64,000 nt of DNA from Lama glama (lineage: Eukaryota): contig CM052817.1 of the NCBI GenBank assembly GCA_028534125.1, forward strand, positions 65,660,001 to 65,724,000, given 5' to 3'. The translations under genes and the position numbers were made by a program. Below the pieces are notes generated by a model. The model made no database searches. It saw nothing but the letters and a program-made list of their open reading frames with translations, and was not told the origin of the DNA. Of this stretch, positions 39,911-52,169 are shown piece after piece; position 1 is the first letter of the stretch, and each line of letters opens with the position of its first letter.

Positions 39911-41129
39911 AAGCTTACTTAGAAGTTTCCCAGATTGGAACTGGAAGGTTAGTAAATTTTTGCCAGGGAGATAGCAAGAGAGAAAGGGAAAGTGGAAGAA
40001 GGAAACAGAAGCCCTCCTCCCTCAGGGGCCATGGCATGTAAATGGGTAACTGAATACTCAGTGGGTAACTATCTAAATCCTGCACACGTTCTCCCACATC
40101 TCTATCACTATTATCTGTCTTCATCATTTAAGCTTGAAGTCTTAGTTCAATAAGGATTTTATTTTTATTGTTAAAGCTCATTTAAAAAAAGAGATTCAAA
40201 GACTATTTCTTAATAATGAGAAAGAGGAGAAAAAAACTAATCCGATTTTTCTACAAACTGCAACGTTCTGGCTTCCTTCCTAAGTGCAGATAGGTAATGG
40301 GGGAAACACTGAGACACTTTCTATCCAAGGCAAAATAACAAAGTCACATTTGCCCATTTTCCGGGCCGAAGTTCCTCTGACCCCAGCGAGCTGCGTTATT
40401 CTTTATCCCCTGAATCTAACAGGAGTGAAAACATGCCTGTTCTTTTCCTGAGGGAAACTGTGCCTCTCAGCTTTACTCTAACTCCATCTGCATTTCAGTG
40501 CAGAAAAAGGAAAGCCCCCACTAAACAGGAGCTATTTGCTGCTAGAGAATAATTTTCCACTCCGTAAAGAAATCAGGCAAAGAAAAAGATTCAGCTTTTT
40601 CCCATTTCTGTTCTCCACATTTCCCTGCTTTCCAAGGAGAGTTTTCTGTTTGCTGGGTTCTTTGGGTTTTTGTGATGTTACAAAAGGGAGGGAGTCACAG
40701 AGGCAGGAAGTGGGAACGGGGAAGGATTGGTCAAAGCTGCTTAGCTGATTTATAGGAGGAAGTGGGGAGGGAAGGTGGGGAAGAGGAAGAGAGAGAGGTC
40801 ATATGGGGCGGGAGTAGATATGAAAGTCTTTGTGAAGGAAGAATCCGAAGGGAGGAGGTATTGGAGGAGCTGCAGGATATAATGGGAGGAGCCAAAGGAT
40901 AAAAGAGAATTTTTAACAAGTGTTCTGTAAACTATGTGTTTAAGATACCCTGCATAGCTTTCATGAAATACTAGTAAAACGTTTGAAAATTTTTTAATTT
41001 ACTTTGATTTTCATTACTGTATTTCTTTAAAAATAGCTGTGCTCCAAGATTGAATCCTACAGTTTCAGTTCAACAAGGATCACTCTTCTTTAACATGCAA
41101 GCTTACTGGTCAGCAAATAGTATTAATCC

Positions 41130-41468
41130 CACTGTGTCTACTGCAGCAGCCACCAGCCACACGTGGCTATCAAGTGCTTGAAGTGTGGCTGGTCTGGACT
41201 GAGATGTGCTGTAACTGTAAAATACACACAGGATTTTAAAGACCTAGTTTAAAAAAAGAAAAGGAGGGAAGGAGGGAGGGAGGAAGGAAGGAAAGAAGGA
41301 AGGAATCATATTAGAATGGTACTATTTCAGCTATATTAAGTAAAACATTGTTAATAGTAATTTTCCTGCTCCTTTTTGCTTCTTTTAACATGGCTACTAG
41401 AAAAATTTTCAATTATATATGGGCTCACATTTGTGGCTTGCATTACATTTTTACTGGATAGTAGTGTC
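41130..41468. mobile_element. MER33/MER3-like hAT-Charlie element with internal (GGAA)n tract
   Basis: GCAGCCACCAGCCACACGTGGCTAT...TGAGATGTGCTGTAACTGTAAAATACACACAGGATTT...ATGGCTACTAGAAAA...TGTGGCTTGCATTACATTTTTACTGGA. Confidence 0.85.
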
Positions 41469-41539
41469 CTAATTTATAATAAAAACCAACCACAGACAGT
41501 GACTGAGCATCCTGTGTGAGCAGGACGCTGTGTGAGGTT

Positions 41540-41820
41540 TTTCTGCAGGTTAGGAAGCAGTCAAGTTCATGAGCCAAGGAGCCCCTGTCTCTCGGTTTAC
41601 TCCTGGTACCGTCATCCCTGAGTGACCCATGTGATCCATGTGATCTTGGTAAAGCACTCAGCATCTTTTAAACCTTTGTTTCCTAATCTGAAAAATGGAA
41701 TTAATAATAGTACTTTCCTCACAGGGTGGCTGATACAGGTAAAACATTTAGAAGAGTGTTGTGACGTGCCTGGCCCCTAATAAGAAATCAATCAGTATTA
41801 CCTTTTATTATCATTACTAT
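41540..41820 (+). mobile_element. MIR SINE
   Basis: TGTGATCTTGG...TTTCCTAATCTGAAAAATGGAATTAATAATAGTAC...TCACAGGGTGG...GTGCCTGGC. Confidence 0.8.
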
Positions 41821-41879
41821 AAGGGAGGAGAGGGCACTACAATGCACTGAGTGCTTTTTAGGTTTTACTTTATTTATGT

Positions 41880-42025
41880 CTTTCTGTACACTCCATGAGG
41901 GCAGGGACTGTATCTATTTTGTTTTCTCCCCCCCTTTTTTTTTGCAATAAATAGCACAATGTGCAGCAGGAATATATTTACTAAATACTGAGTGAATCAG
42001 TCAGGGATGAAGAATGAATTAATGG
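41880..42025 (+). mobile_element. L2 3' end
   Basis: CTCCATGAGGGCAGGGACTGTATCTATTTTG...TAGCACAATG...AAATACTGAGTGAAT. Confidence 0.7.
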
Positions 42026-42297
42026 ACAGTATTCTTACTCTTATTTTAGGGAAGAGGAAACTGAACTTCATGAACGTTCAGAGGTTAAAAGGGCTGGAGA
42101 AGTCATGAAATTCATAGATGACAGAACTCACATTTAAATCCAAATTTACATAAACATTCACAGACAGTGAACTCCAGGAGCATTCCATCTAGCTAGAGAA
42201 ATAAAATGTATTTAAAGTAACAACAAATAATATTAATACTACTAGCCCACAGATGATACCATTTAAATAACCTAACTGATGATTACTAGAGAAGTTG

Positions 42298-42432
42298 AGT
42301 CTGGAAGTGGCAAGACAGGCCTTCAGATAATTAGATATTTCCCAAGAAGATTTTGTGAGCCCAAATTCTTGCATTCCCTCCATATTTAGAAAAACACTAA
42401 AGTCATTAACGGTGACCTGTGCTTTGGCCATT
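42298..42432 (+). mobile_element. ERV1-class LTR fragment (resembles artiodactyl BTLTR1-type LTRs)
   Basis: CAGGCCTTCAGATAATTAGATATTT...AGAAGATTTTGTGAGCCCAAATTCTTGCAT...AGAAAAACACTAAAGTCATTAAC, recognised from memory. Confidence 0.55.
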
Positions 42433-42529
42433 AAAGAGACAGATGCATTTGAAAGTCAGAATGGAAAAACTGGAGTTTAAACATATAAGGTAAAACTTGG
42501 TGGCCATTGTGGACGTGATTTCAGACAAC

Positions 42530-42932
42530 CTTCTGTGTTGCTGAGAACTTCAATTTTCTGAACTGTATCAGAATCAAGGACACCTTTGGTCATTCTCAAA
42601 GCAGCTACAACTTTGTGGTTGCAAAATCTCCTTAGATCTCCTCACCACAGGGCAGGGAGGGGCCTGTGTCTATCTAAAAGAGGAATGCTGTGTTTACTCC
42701 AATACTTTCCCGCTTCATTTTAGATCGGCTCCAAAAATTTCAAAATAAGATTCTGCTGCTCCATGGCTAGAAGCCTATCCCAGGGTCAAACTATCTAGAC
42801 TTAGATAAGGTAAACAGAGACTCCTATTCTGGGAGACAGGCCAAAGCCCCTTTTCAGCAGGAAGTAGCTACCGAAGACAGAGACCTCCATCCACTTCCCC
42901 AAGAATCTTGACAGAGTCTCTAAGCAGGGAAC
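42530..42932 (+). pseudogene. env: Decayed ERV1/gamma-type env TM remnant and 3' internal region
   Basis: 42619-42627 encodes LQN; after a frameshift 42632-42709 encodes LDLLTTGQGGACVYLKEECCVYSNTF (immunosuppressive domain plus CX6CC). GCCCCTTTTCAGCAGGAAGTAGC at about 42847 resembles gamma-ERV sequence downstream of env. Confidence 0.85.
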
Positions 42933-43427
42933 TGGAGAGGTGATCAGGCAGGCTTACTGACCCTGGCTGATTAACAGCAAGGAAAAGAAGTGTCAGGCTG
43001 TTGACATATAGGATGCTTCTCTTATCCCACAGCTGGCTTCTTGGTTCTAAAGACATAGCCATACAACAGGATGTTTTTCTCTTCCACAACTTGCTGCATT
43101 AATCCCAAGGACATACCCCAGTATCTCTTTCTTTGTTCTCTTTCCTGCCAAGGTTTCTGTTTTAGGTGCTGAGCTCCATGGGAGCAAAGAGCTCATAATA
43201 GAAGGTGATTGGCACCACTGAAATGAAGATATGATGGCAAAACCTTCCAATAAAAACCACACAACCTGATTGGGGGATGAGCTCTCTTGTCCGGCCACCT
43301 AGGCTGACAGCTCCCTGCTCAAGAGCTTTCTTTCCTTTTCCTCTTTGGAGCAATAAAGCAGTCTTTCACTTTGTCCCACTGCCTCTGTTGAGAACTCTGT
43401 CTCAACTGCCAGGCAAGGACCCACACA
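42933..43427 (+). mobile_element. 3' LTR of the ERV1-type element
   Basis: TG...CA bounded 495 bp following a degenerate purine tract (AAGCAGGGAAC); ATTGG 43208, TATA-like AATAAAAA 43249, AATAAA 43352, U5-like end GGCAAGGACCCACACA. Confidence 0.75.
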
Positions 43428-43599
43428 TTTGGTGGGCTTTCCAATTTGGAGGGGAGGGTCGCTCTATTCACTAACAGAAAGACTTCTCCAGTGGGGTGTG
43501 TGGAAAAGTTTCTGAACGGATGAGTTGGAAGTGGATCTTCAGAGATTTATTAAGTTTGATACAGTGAGTGCTTGGTCTGGGAAAAAGGATCCCTTGGCA

Positions 43600-44000
43600 A
43601 ATGAAATGACTGAGCACAAGTGGAGCTGAAACCCTAAGGCAGGCATTGGAGCTGTGAAATAGATCTTTTTGTCTGGAGAAGATAATTCATGAAAATTTCT
43701 TAATAGGATTTAGGCAGAAATAAGCTTGGGGTTAGATCTTGGACTATGAATAAAGGCCAGAGTTAGTAGTTTAAAATATATCAAGTGAATAACAGGATAT
43801 GATTTTTTTTTCTTTTTAGTTCAGCCAAGACATGATAGTAGCAGTGCGCAGGACACAACAGAGTGAGAGGGATATTGGAGGTAGGAAAATAATTAAGTAA
43901 GCTATTGCAACATCCAGCCATGAGATAGTAAAGATAAGAATTAAGAGATTTGAAAATAGGAATGGAAAAAAAGGGAGCAATTTCAGAGATGCTGAAGACA
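43600..44000 (-). mobile_element. Degenerate L2 fragment
   Basis: GGAGGTAGGAAAATAATTAAGTAAGCTATTGCAACATCCAGCCATGAGATAGT resembles antisense L2. Confidence 0.55.
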
Positions 44001-44809
44001 GTGTTCTAGCTTCAAAGACCTAATCTGGATGACCCTAATATCTAGGTCACATATTTGACTTTTAGTAAAATAAAAAAGTAAAATATGTGACCCACTTAAA
44101 GAGCAATTAAGTCTCAAAACTTATGCTATAAATATATGGGATTTCAATTTCTTTTCTGGTTTTTTTTTTTTTTAAATATTCATTCTCGATTTCCCTTATC
44201 TTGCACATAGCCCACATCTACTCTTTCCCAAGGTCAAGTCATTCTACTCAGAAATGCCTAATAAATTGAATTCATCCTTTTTTTCTTAGGCTTTAGCACA
44301 AGCACTTGTGTTATTTCATATTATTTTTTTCTTGCTGGAATTATTTTAAAGTGCTCCTGTATTGGATAAAAATATTTGTTACAGTATTTGTTTTCTGTCC
44401 CAAATCTTGTCTTGGTTTCCTGTGGATACACTATAACACCCCTTATCCTACAGCCCAGAATTTCTACCATTAGATCTAACATCTAATCTGTGTTCTAAAA
44501 GATGACTAGCTTCTTGTAAAATTGCTCACAATTGACTGAGAAATTTTAATAAAAAAGAATTTGCCTTTTTGGCTTTATTCTGTGAAGCCTGCTTGAACTT
44601 TCCAAAGCTATGTTCTTTCATCTAATTTTACAATTAATCTTTTAAGTATTTAATATTTTAAACTGTCCATATTTGAATGTCTTCCTCATTAGTCTGCAAC
44701 ATCTTTGAAAGTAATGGCAATACTTTATTTATTCTTATACCCAGGTTTAGAAGAATATTTGGTACTTTTAAGTCAATAAATATCAAAATAATGGATGGGA
44801 AAAACTCAC

Positions 44810-45160
44810 ATATCTTTTTCAATACTGTTTTTGCTATTCAAGTTCTTTTGAATTTCCACATAAATTCTAGAAGCATCTCATCAATTTCTACTAAAAGAAA
44901 TCTGTTGGAATTTGCTGGAAATTGAATTGAATCTATATGTCAAATTGGGGGGAAACTGACATATTACCCATATTGGGTCTTCCAGTTTGTAAACATATCC
45001 TATCTCCTCATTATCTCCTCATTTTCCTCAGCAATGTCATATAATTTTCAATATAGAGGTTTGACATGCATTTTGTTAAATTATACCTAAATATTTGGGG
45101 TTTAATTGCTTCTTTAAATGAAGATTTTTAAACTTCATGTTTCATTTGTTTGTGAAATGT
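44810..45160 (-). mobile_element. L1M ORF2 fragment
   Basis: TTGCTATTCAAGTTCTTTTGAATTTCCACATAAATTCTAGAA...TTGAATCTATATGTCAAATTGGGGGGAAACTGACAT. Confidence 0.85.
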
Positions 45161-48100
45161 TTGATTGTATCTCCAAGGACCCTATTTTGAAAATAGGATC
45201 AGTTCACATTGGCTCCAAGTAGACTTGAATTTAGGAAGACATTCGTCAATCTAGCAAACACTTGAATTTCACGTTTGATTATACCAGTGTAGAATGAAGA
45301 CCTGCTTCTGAAATAAAGCTTTTGCTGAAGACTGTAGGGCAGAACACACGATTCATGAAATAATACTTAGAGGTAGAAATGAGGGTAGCATTTTTAGGGG
45401 GCAGTCAAAGGATTGTCCTGGCTAGAATTAAACTGGCAAACAGGAATGATAAGTAAAATTGGACACATTTATGGAAGGCATTATTCAATGCCAGCATGAG
45501 GAGATCAGATTTGGAGATAGAATTATTAAATATTGCTAAACTTTGTTTGCTTTATTTTGTGGCTTTAAAATATCAGGAGAATTAGAAGTCTATGATGACT
45601 GTATGCAATTAAATTGAAAAATGATAGGTTCCAAGAGTTACTAAATAAATTATGTAAGTGTAGTTGGAGTAGTTACTATTCTCTTTAGTGAATTAATTTT
45701 TAAAAACAGTTTAGAAATATAATGAATGATAGTGAAGGGAAGTAAACAGAGACACAGGGAATTAAGAAGGAAGAGTAAACAAGCAAAAATATTTCCTCTC
45801 AATACTGAGAATTAGAAAGTTTCTGGGCCCATTTAATTCTAGAAATAAGTAGTACAACAGTGTTGGGGATGTAATTATCACTGAAAGTTTAAATAGAAGC
45901 TTAATATAAACTGCAATACATAAGCTATGAAAAGGGAAATAAGCCTTTAAATGGAGGGAGAAAGTTTTGTTTTTTTTAAGAGTAAATACTTAAAAATTCA
46001 GAAATCTAAAAGAAGTCAATGAGAAGGTAATTAATTAGTACTTAAGAGGAATTTATTTTAATCCTTTTAGTATTCTAGAGTATTCCTCCTACATGGCTTT
46101 TGAGCTTTCTTGAATAATTCATGGTGGCCTTTGCAAGTTTTCCTCACTTATTCACAAGTTTCACTATAAATGGGAAATGAAACTTACTTACTAGAGTTCT
46201 GTAGATAAAATGAAAGAGAGATATTACAAATGGTGCTGATCATTGTCATCTTACAAGCATTCCACTCCAGGCTACACATCAGAATTGAACAATTTTCCTT
46301 CAAACAGCTCTTGAGTCTGGAGTGATGTTAATGCCTCTTCCTGAACACAGATGTGGCTATGTAGGACCTGCTTCTGCTTCTTGGATTGTTCTTACACAAG
46401 CAGTCAAATGAGGCTGTGTTGGGTTTCATGGCATCATCTAAGCAAAAGAAATCTATATGCCAACAGCCCTTCTCTCTTAGAGAGCTCACGCACTGTGGCT
46501 TCTGTGCAACAGCAATCACTAGTTCCTGATTGATCAATAGGCCTTGAAGCTTTTATTTTAGAAGACTGAGGTGGAGACAGTTTTTTCTTATTTACCAGAA
46601 GACCTAGTCAAAGAATGATGAGCTAATTAAAATTTATTTAGTTGTTTCAACTTACTAATGGAATAGGGTACATGTCTATTAAGATACAGATAAAATAAGG
46701 CAGGAGAAGTGGAAGCAGTTAAAACCATTCTGGAATCCTGTGTGTCTCAGAGTGAGTTAATAACTAACTCTGGAATAAGTCTTCTTTGTTTCAAGAATAC
46801 TTATTTGAATGCCCTTCCTCTTTCTTATGCTACTGGAAAGTAAGGATCATTCTATTGGCTAACCTGGGATTGAGGGTACAATAGGCTGGGGATTAACCAA
46901 GGTCTCTTAATCCCAGTGTCCAAATTAGGGAATTGGTGAATTGATTTACATCAGAATTCTGGGGACTATAGCAAAAAAGAAACCACAATCTAATCCCTCA
47001 AGAAAAAAAGGTAGTAGTGTTGTAACAATTATAGTACGGCATCAAATGTATCTCTGGTCAGTTCTGACTGACCAACAGAATATTATTTCTGACTCACTGT
47101 GTAGTTCAGAACTAAAATATATCCATTCGCAGAACAAAGGAGCACAGATTGACAACTACTGTATTTCTTCAGCCCAATCTAAGTTTAAGTAACTAACAAC
47201 CAACATTAAGAAACATCTCATACACATACCCTGTTGATCAGATATATATTTGTCAAAATAAATCTATGCATTAACGTGAGTGTGTATGCAATAGCAGTGA
47301 TGCTATATTCACGTTATTTTCATGAATGTCTATGTTTAAAGTAACACTAGCTGAAGTACGTATGCTACTGTAATCTAGCAGTCACGTGAAGAATAGGTAT
47401 AATGACTTGGAATCTATAAGGTTCTCCCAAAGCCTCAATAGTTTATCACCAACACCATAACACCTGATTTGAAAGGCAACAGAGAATTATTTCAAATTTG
47501 TAAGCAAAAGAATTGCCTGGTGAAAAATTATTTGTAGAATTTGTAGGAAGAATTTGTAGAACAGTCTATAAAGAATGGTGTGAAGATGAAGAGATTCACA
47601 ATTATAAGCAAAGTACTTACTATTTCTGGAGACCAGAGGAAACATGGCTAGAGGGAAGAAGGAGAGAAGAGATGCTTCCTGGCAATTGTTCAAGGGCAGA
47701 ATGGAGCAACTGGAGTCAGGCTGGATATAGGGGAAAGTGTAGAAGACTTGCTCGTTGACAAAAGAAAGGCAGCTTTTTGAGTAAGATGAGTAAACTGAGA
47801 AATGGGTGACTTGGTTAAAAGAGGAGGTAAGTTCAAGTAATTTTGTTCTTTTTGTGAGTCCTCTTCAGTTCTTTTCCGTTAGGTTGAAATCATAAACTTT
47901 AACATAGGTGGTTCAGGCATAAACTGAAACAACGCTTAGAAGACCAAGAGTTTCAACAAGGTTTACTCCAACTATACAGCTCGTTTTTAGGCTTGTTAGT
48001 TTTAACTGTGCCATACTGCTGATGTGTATTTTTAACTGTGTTGTTTCTACCAATCCTTGTCAATTCTAAAGAACTTCTCCATTTCCAGGGACTTTGGTAA

Positions 48101-48599
48101 AAAAGCAACTGAGAAGCACCTAGTACATTGCACCCTGTGGGCACGCCATAAACAGTTGTTTCCTTCCTGGCTGAATGTGTCTTCAGGAACAGAGGCAATA
48201 AACCCAACTGCCTTAAAAATAACAGATGGTGGTATCTGGTAGGCGTTCCCCCTGAGGCCTTGTTAAATGCGTAACTGATGTCAGGAGGCAACTGCATCTT
48301 GTCACCTTTTCAAACCAAGTAATACTTCAGTCATCTGCCGACATACGTGCATGTGTGTGAAAGAATGAACTAAAGTCACATTGACTTCTAATCACCTGAG
48401 GCTTCTATGAGGATTAGGAATATCAGCCACAATGAGGGATGCAATAGATAGTTGCAAAATTGGTCAAACCAAGGAGATGAGCCGTTGTGAGGTAATAATA
48501 AACTTGGATGGAGTGTGAATTGGTGTGTTAATCACTTAGTCATTAGGAATGCAAGGGGAGAAAATGAGAAAGTTGGGGGAAGGAGGAGAGCAGGTACAT

Positions 48600-49490
48600 A
48601 TCAAAAATGTATCATTCATATTCCTGCTATGTTATCTTTTTAAAGTTGAAAACCTTAAATCATGTTACTTCTCGGCTTAAAGCCCTAAATTAACAAGAAA
48701 AGAAATTTGACATGAACATTAAGTTCTGGGGTGAGTGAGGCTTTCTAAACCATATATATATATATACAACATATAACTAATATAGTTATATATTAGTGCA
48801 TATAACTAATAACCTTTCTTTAAAAAAGCTCAAAAATATTTCTAATCAGAAGAATACAAATTAAAATAATTTTGTCTATCAAGTTAGCAAATATTTTTTT
48901 AAAAATAAGAGTGCAGAATATTAGTCATATTTTCTAATGGGAAAAAGATGAGGTTTCTTTAGAATCAGGATAATAATGTTTTAAAAATTCAGCACCCCAC
49001 CTATGCCTCTCAGTATGTCATATAAATTCCTCTATTATGCAGTCCCTGCCCATTGCTCCTGATTTTCTCACAGCTGCTTCCTTACTGAGCTATTGTTCAG
49101 CCAAACTGGAATTTGCAGTTTCCCAACTGTGCCATGTTTTTTCACGTCTATGTTTTGGGGCACCCAGCCTGGAATGTGTTCTACCTGTGTTCACCTGGCA
49201 AGTTCCTATTCTGTCTGCAAGACCCACCCTAGACATCCCTTGTCTATTCAGTCTTCCCAGCAGCACTCCCACTACCCTCCTCTCCCCACGACCTCAGTAA
49301 AGAGACTCTCTTCTACATCTTGGCTACATTTCTATCGTTCCAGATTTTCTACCACATTTTATTAATTTAGTTACATACATATCTTTTCTATTAATTAAAT
49401 TATATTTTGCTTGAAGAACAGGGATGGTATTTTAATCATCTCTGTATCTCAGGTTTCTGCCACTGAGTTTGATAAAAGAAATCATTTGCT
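48600..49490 (+). mobile_element. L2 fragments with an intervening AT-rich L1-like segment (about 48690-48950)
   Basis: ATCATGTTACTTCTCGGCTTAAAGCCCT; CAGCCAAACTGG...GCCTGGAATG...; CTTGAAGAACAGGGATGGTATTTTAATCATCTCTGTATC. Confidence 0.6.
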
Positions 49491-50689
49491 GATATGAGGT
49501 GAAGTGAAACTTTTAAGCCTCTGTTGGCTACTTCAGTGTAACATTGGTGAATATGCAGTGAAGGCATAACCTTAAACTTGATTACTGTACGCATATACAC
49601 ACACACAAATATCTTTTTTATGGGTGCCTATTTTAGAGCTTTCGTTAAACTGGAGGTTTTATATATGCAATTTCCATCAAAGTATTTGAAAATGTAAAAA
49701 GCTGTATTATTTAATTACCGAGTATTCACTAAACTATACCCTCAACGCTCAAGAAACCTAATGGCTTCATTTCTTTCACTCTGGAACTACCATCAGGGAA
49801 GCATATTATAAACAGATTTAATGGCTAACTAAATAGAGCTGTAATAAGAATCCAATACTTAATGCCCCAGTTTGCTTCCCTAGGCCCCACAGCTTGCTCA
49901 GATGTCAAGAAGGCATGCCCAGTTTTTTCATCCATACTTTTTCACTTATCTCAGAAAGCAATTTTTTGGCTGCCATAAAAACAAATGCCAAAAGTAATTT
50001 TTGGTCACAGATTTTATTTCATGTAGGCCACCAAGGGATTCTTACCAGTCTTAACAGTGTTAAATTTTCAGACACAGCATTCCCTTATAACCTAGATGAA
50101 ATGCATTTTGGGATGTGCTTGAAAAGAAGATGAGATACATCAGTATCTTACTTATCAAAGATTCTTGGTGGACATGTCTACACTTAATTCAAATCCCATG
50201 AGTAAAACATGGTCCTGCAATCATCATGGCTTTAAACATTTAAAAAAATTTAGAAAGAAAAAATGTCCTAAAGTATATTTTATGCTTTTTTTGTATTCAT
50301 AAAGAGGAAATCAATTAATTAGAATTGTTGTTGGTGTTTCAGGGTCATCAGTATGAACATATATTGTTTCATGCTCTAACCCCTTAAAGTCAGTCCTTAG
50401 GCATATATCTGTCCATAAGCATCGTAGGATTTGCCCCTACCCTAAGGGATTCCAGATTATTATGCCTTTAGGTCTTTATTTTCAGCTGAAATCTATTTTT
50501 TTGGCTGTTACTAAATCAGTCTCTAGCTGTCACTGCACCACACTTGTTAAATTACAACTGAGTTTTACCATATTTGTAACTCAGTCAACTTCGGGAGGAC
50601 TGAGGGCCTTAATCCTCACTCTAGAGACAAGTATCTGTGAGTTTACTCAACAAGATTTCCAGGTTACCCTGGGTTGGCTGGAGCAGGGC

Positions 50690-51090
50690 GACGCATGGTC
50701 AGCAGGTCCTTCAGGAAGTTGACTGAGACAAAGTTAGGAGTACAAGAGGTTTACTGGTCTCTAAATCCTGGGAAAGGAGAGGTGGGAAGGAAGAAGGTCG
50801 GTCAAGGAGGGCCTCAGAGTGCAATGCAGATCTAACAAATTCTTGTCGAACCCAATAGGCAGCTCTCTAACCCATTAGAGAAGTCCCAGGTTGGACAGAA
50901 ACAGCTGGACCCTAGTAGCTCAGCCAGTAAGGTTGGGGACTTCCAGCAAAGAGTGAGGTCCTGGCTGGAATGCTGAGATGAAGTTTGAAAACAGGGACAG
51001 CAAGAGGCTGCCAGCTTCCTGCACTGTGTGCAGCTGAAGGGCAAGTTCTTTCTTAAAGAGAGATCTAAACATGTGCACCTTCTTGGCTGC
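50690..51090 (-). mobile_element. LTR16-like ERVL solo LTR
   Basis: GGAAGTTGACTGAGACAAAGTTAGGAGTACAAGAGGTTTACTGG...GGAAGGAAGAAGG...GCAATGCAGATCTAACAAA...AACCCAATAGGCAGCTCT. Confidence 0.75.
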
Positions 51091-52021
51091 ACAAGAATAT
51101 ATGCTATCTGACAGTATATCTAAAAGGAGAGTCAAGTTCATAGGAAGGCAGAAAAAAGTCATTTTATGAACCTTTATGAGTTTATGGTTAATGTGAGTGG
51201 GTGAAGAAGGCAGAGGGACTGATGAGAAACAATGAATGAGTCTGAGGACTGGAGAGGGTAGTGGTCAGGGAAGCAGGGGGTTCTGGCTAATAAGAGTAAC
51301 AGTTAAATAACCAAATGATCAAAATCTTACTTTTCTAAGCAACAAATTCACCTTCCTTGGAAGGACCCAATTTGGAAAAGTATGTAGACAGACATGATAC
51401 CTGAAGTGGAAGGCAAGACCACCCAGAGTATTAAAGAGCAAGCTGCCTATATTTTACTTTGAAATTTTGCAGTCAAACATTTTAATTCTTTTGGGTATTC
51501 TAATTTTTGTATATTTTCTTGTTATATAAATTTAAAAATCATCTTATCTATTTTCAGGAAAGTTTGTGTTTTTTTGTAATCACACTGAATATATGAATTA
51601 ACTTAGGAAAACTGACAACTATTAATGTTGACTCTTAACTGGAAATATGATTTGTGTTTGTTTGCTTAATATAATTCTTGTGTATTTTAGGAATGTTTTA
51701 AATATTTTCTCATACAGGTTCTACATATTTATTATCAGGTTAATTACTAGACTTTTTTTGCTGGTGTCATGTACATAGTTTTCTGATTCATTGTATCTTG
51801 TATTTGACAGCATATATATATATACACACACAAATTATACACTTGTGAGTATTAATTTTAACATCCTTTACACTATTGGATTTTTTTAGTTAATTATCTT
51901 GGATTTCCAGTTAGTTATTTTTTCTTAAAATAAGAATATTTTCACCACCTCCTCCTGACTTCTATAGCTCTGATATTTTTTTCTCGTCTAATTGCATTGA
52001 CTTATAACTCTAGTACAATGG

Positions 52022-52169
52022 TTTTTTTTATAGTTTCTTTGTGAGGGGGAGGTTAATTAGGTTTGCTTATTTATTTGTTTGTTTATTTTTAGAGGCGGTC
52101 CTCAGGATTGAACCCAGGACCTTGTGTATGCTAAGCATACGCTCCACCACTTGAGCTATACCCTCCTCC
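52022..52169 (-). mobile_element. Camelid Vic-1-type tRNA-Ala-derived SINE
   Basis: Reverse complement reads GGAGGGTATAGCTCAAGTGGTGGAGCGTATGCTTAGCATACACAAGGTCCTGGGTTCAATCC...AAACCTAATTAACCTCCCCC...A-tail, with A and B boxes; TSD CTCTA(G/A)TACAATG at 52008-52020 and 52170-52182. Confidence 0.92.

Noticed and set aside
40686..40812. Potential G-quadruplex
   Set aside because: Four G-tracts can be assembled only with a loop of about 19 nt or more.
50152..50214. 63-nt minus-strand exon-like segment
   Set aside because: Poor pyrimidine tract and stops in all three frames; no other support.
52095..52169. tRNA-Ala-like gene
   Set aside because: Has a SINE tail, TSD and substitutions breaking the stems; it is a SINE head.
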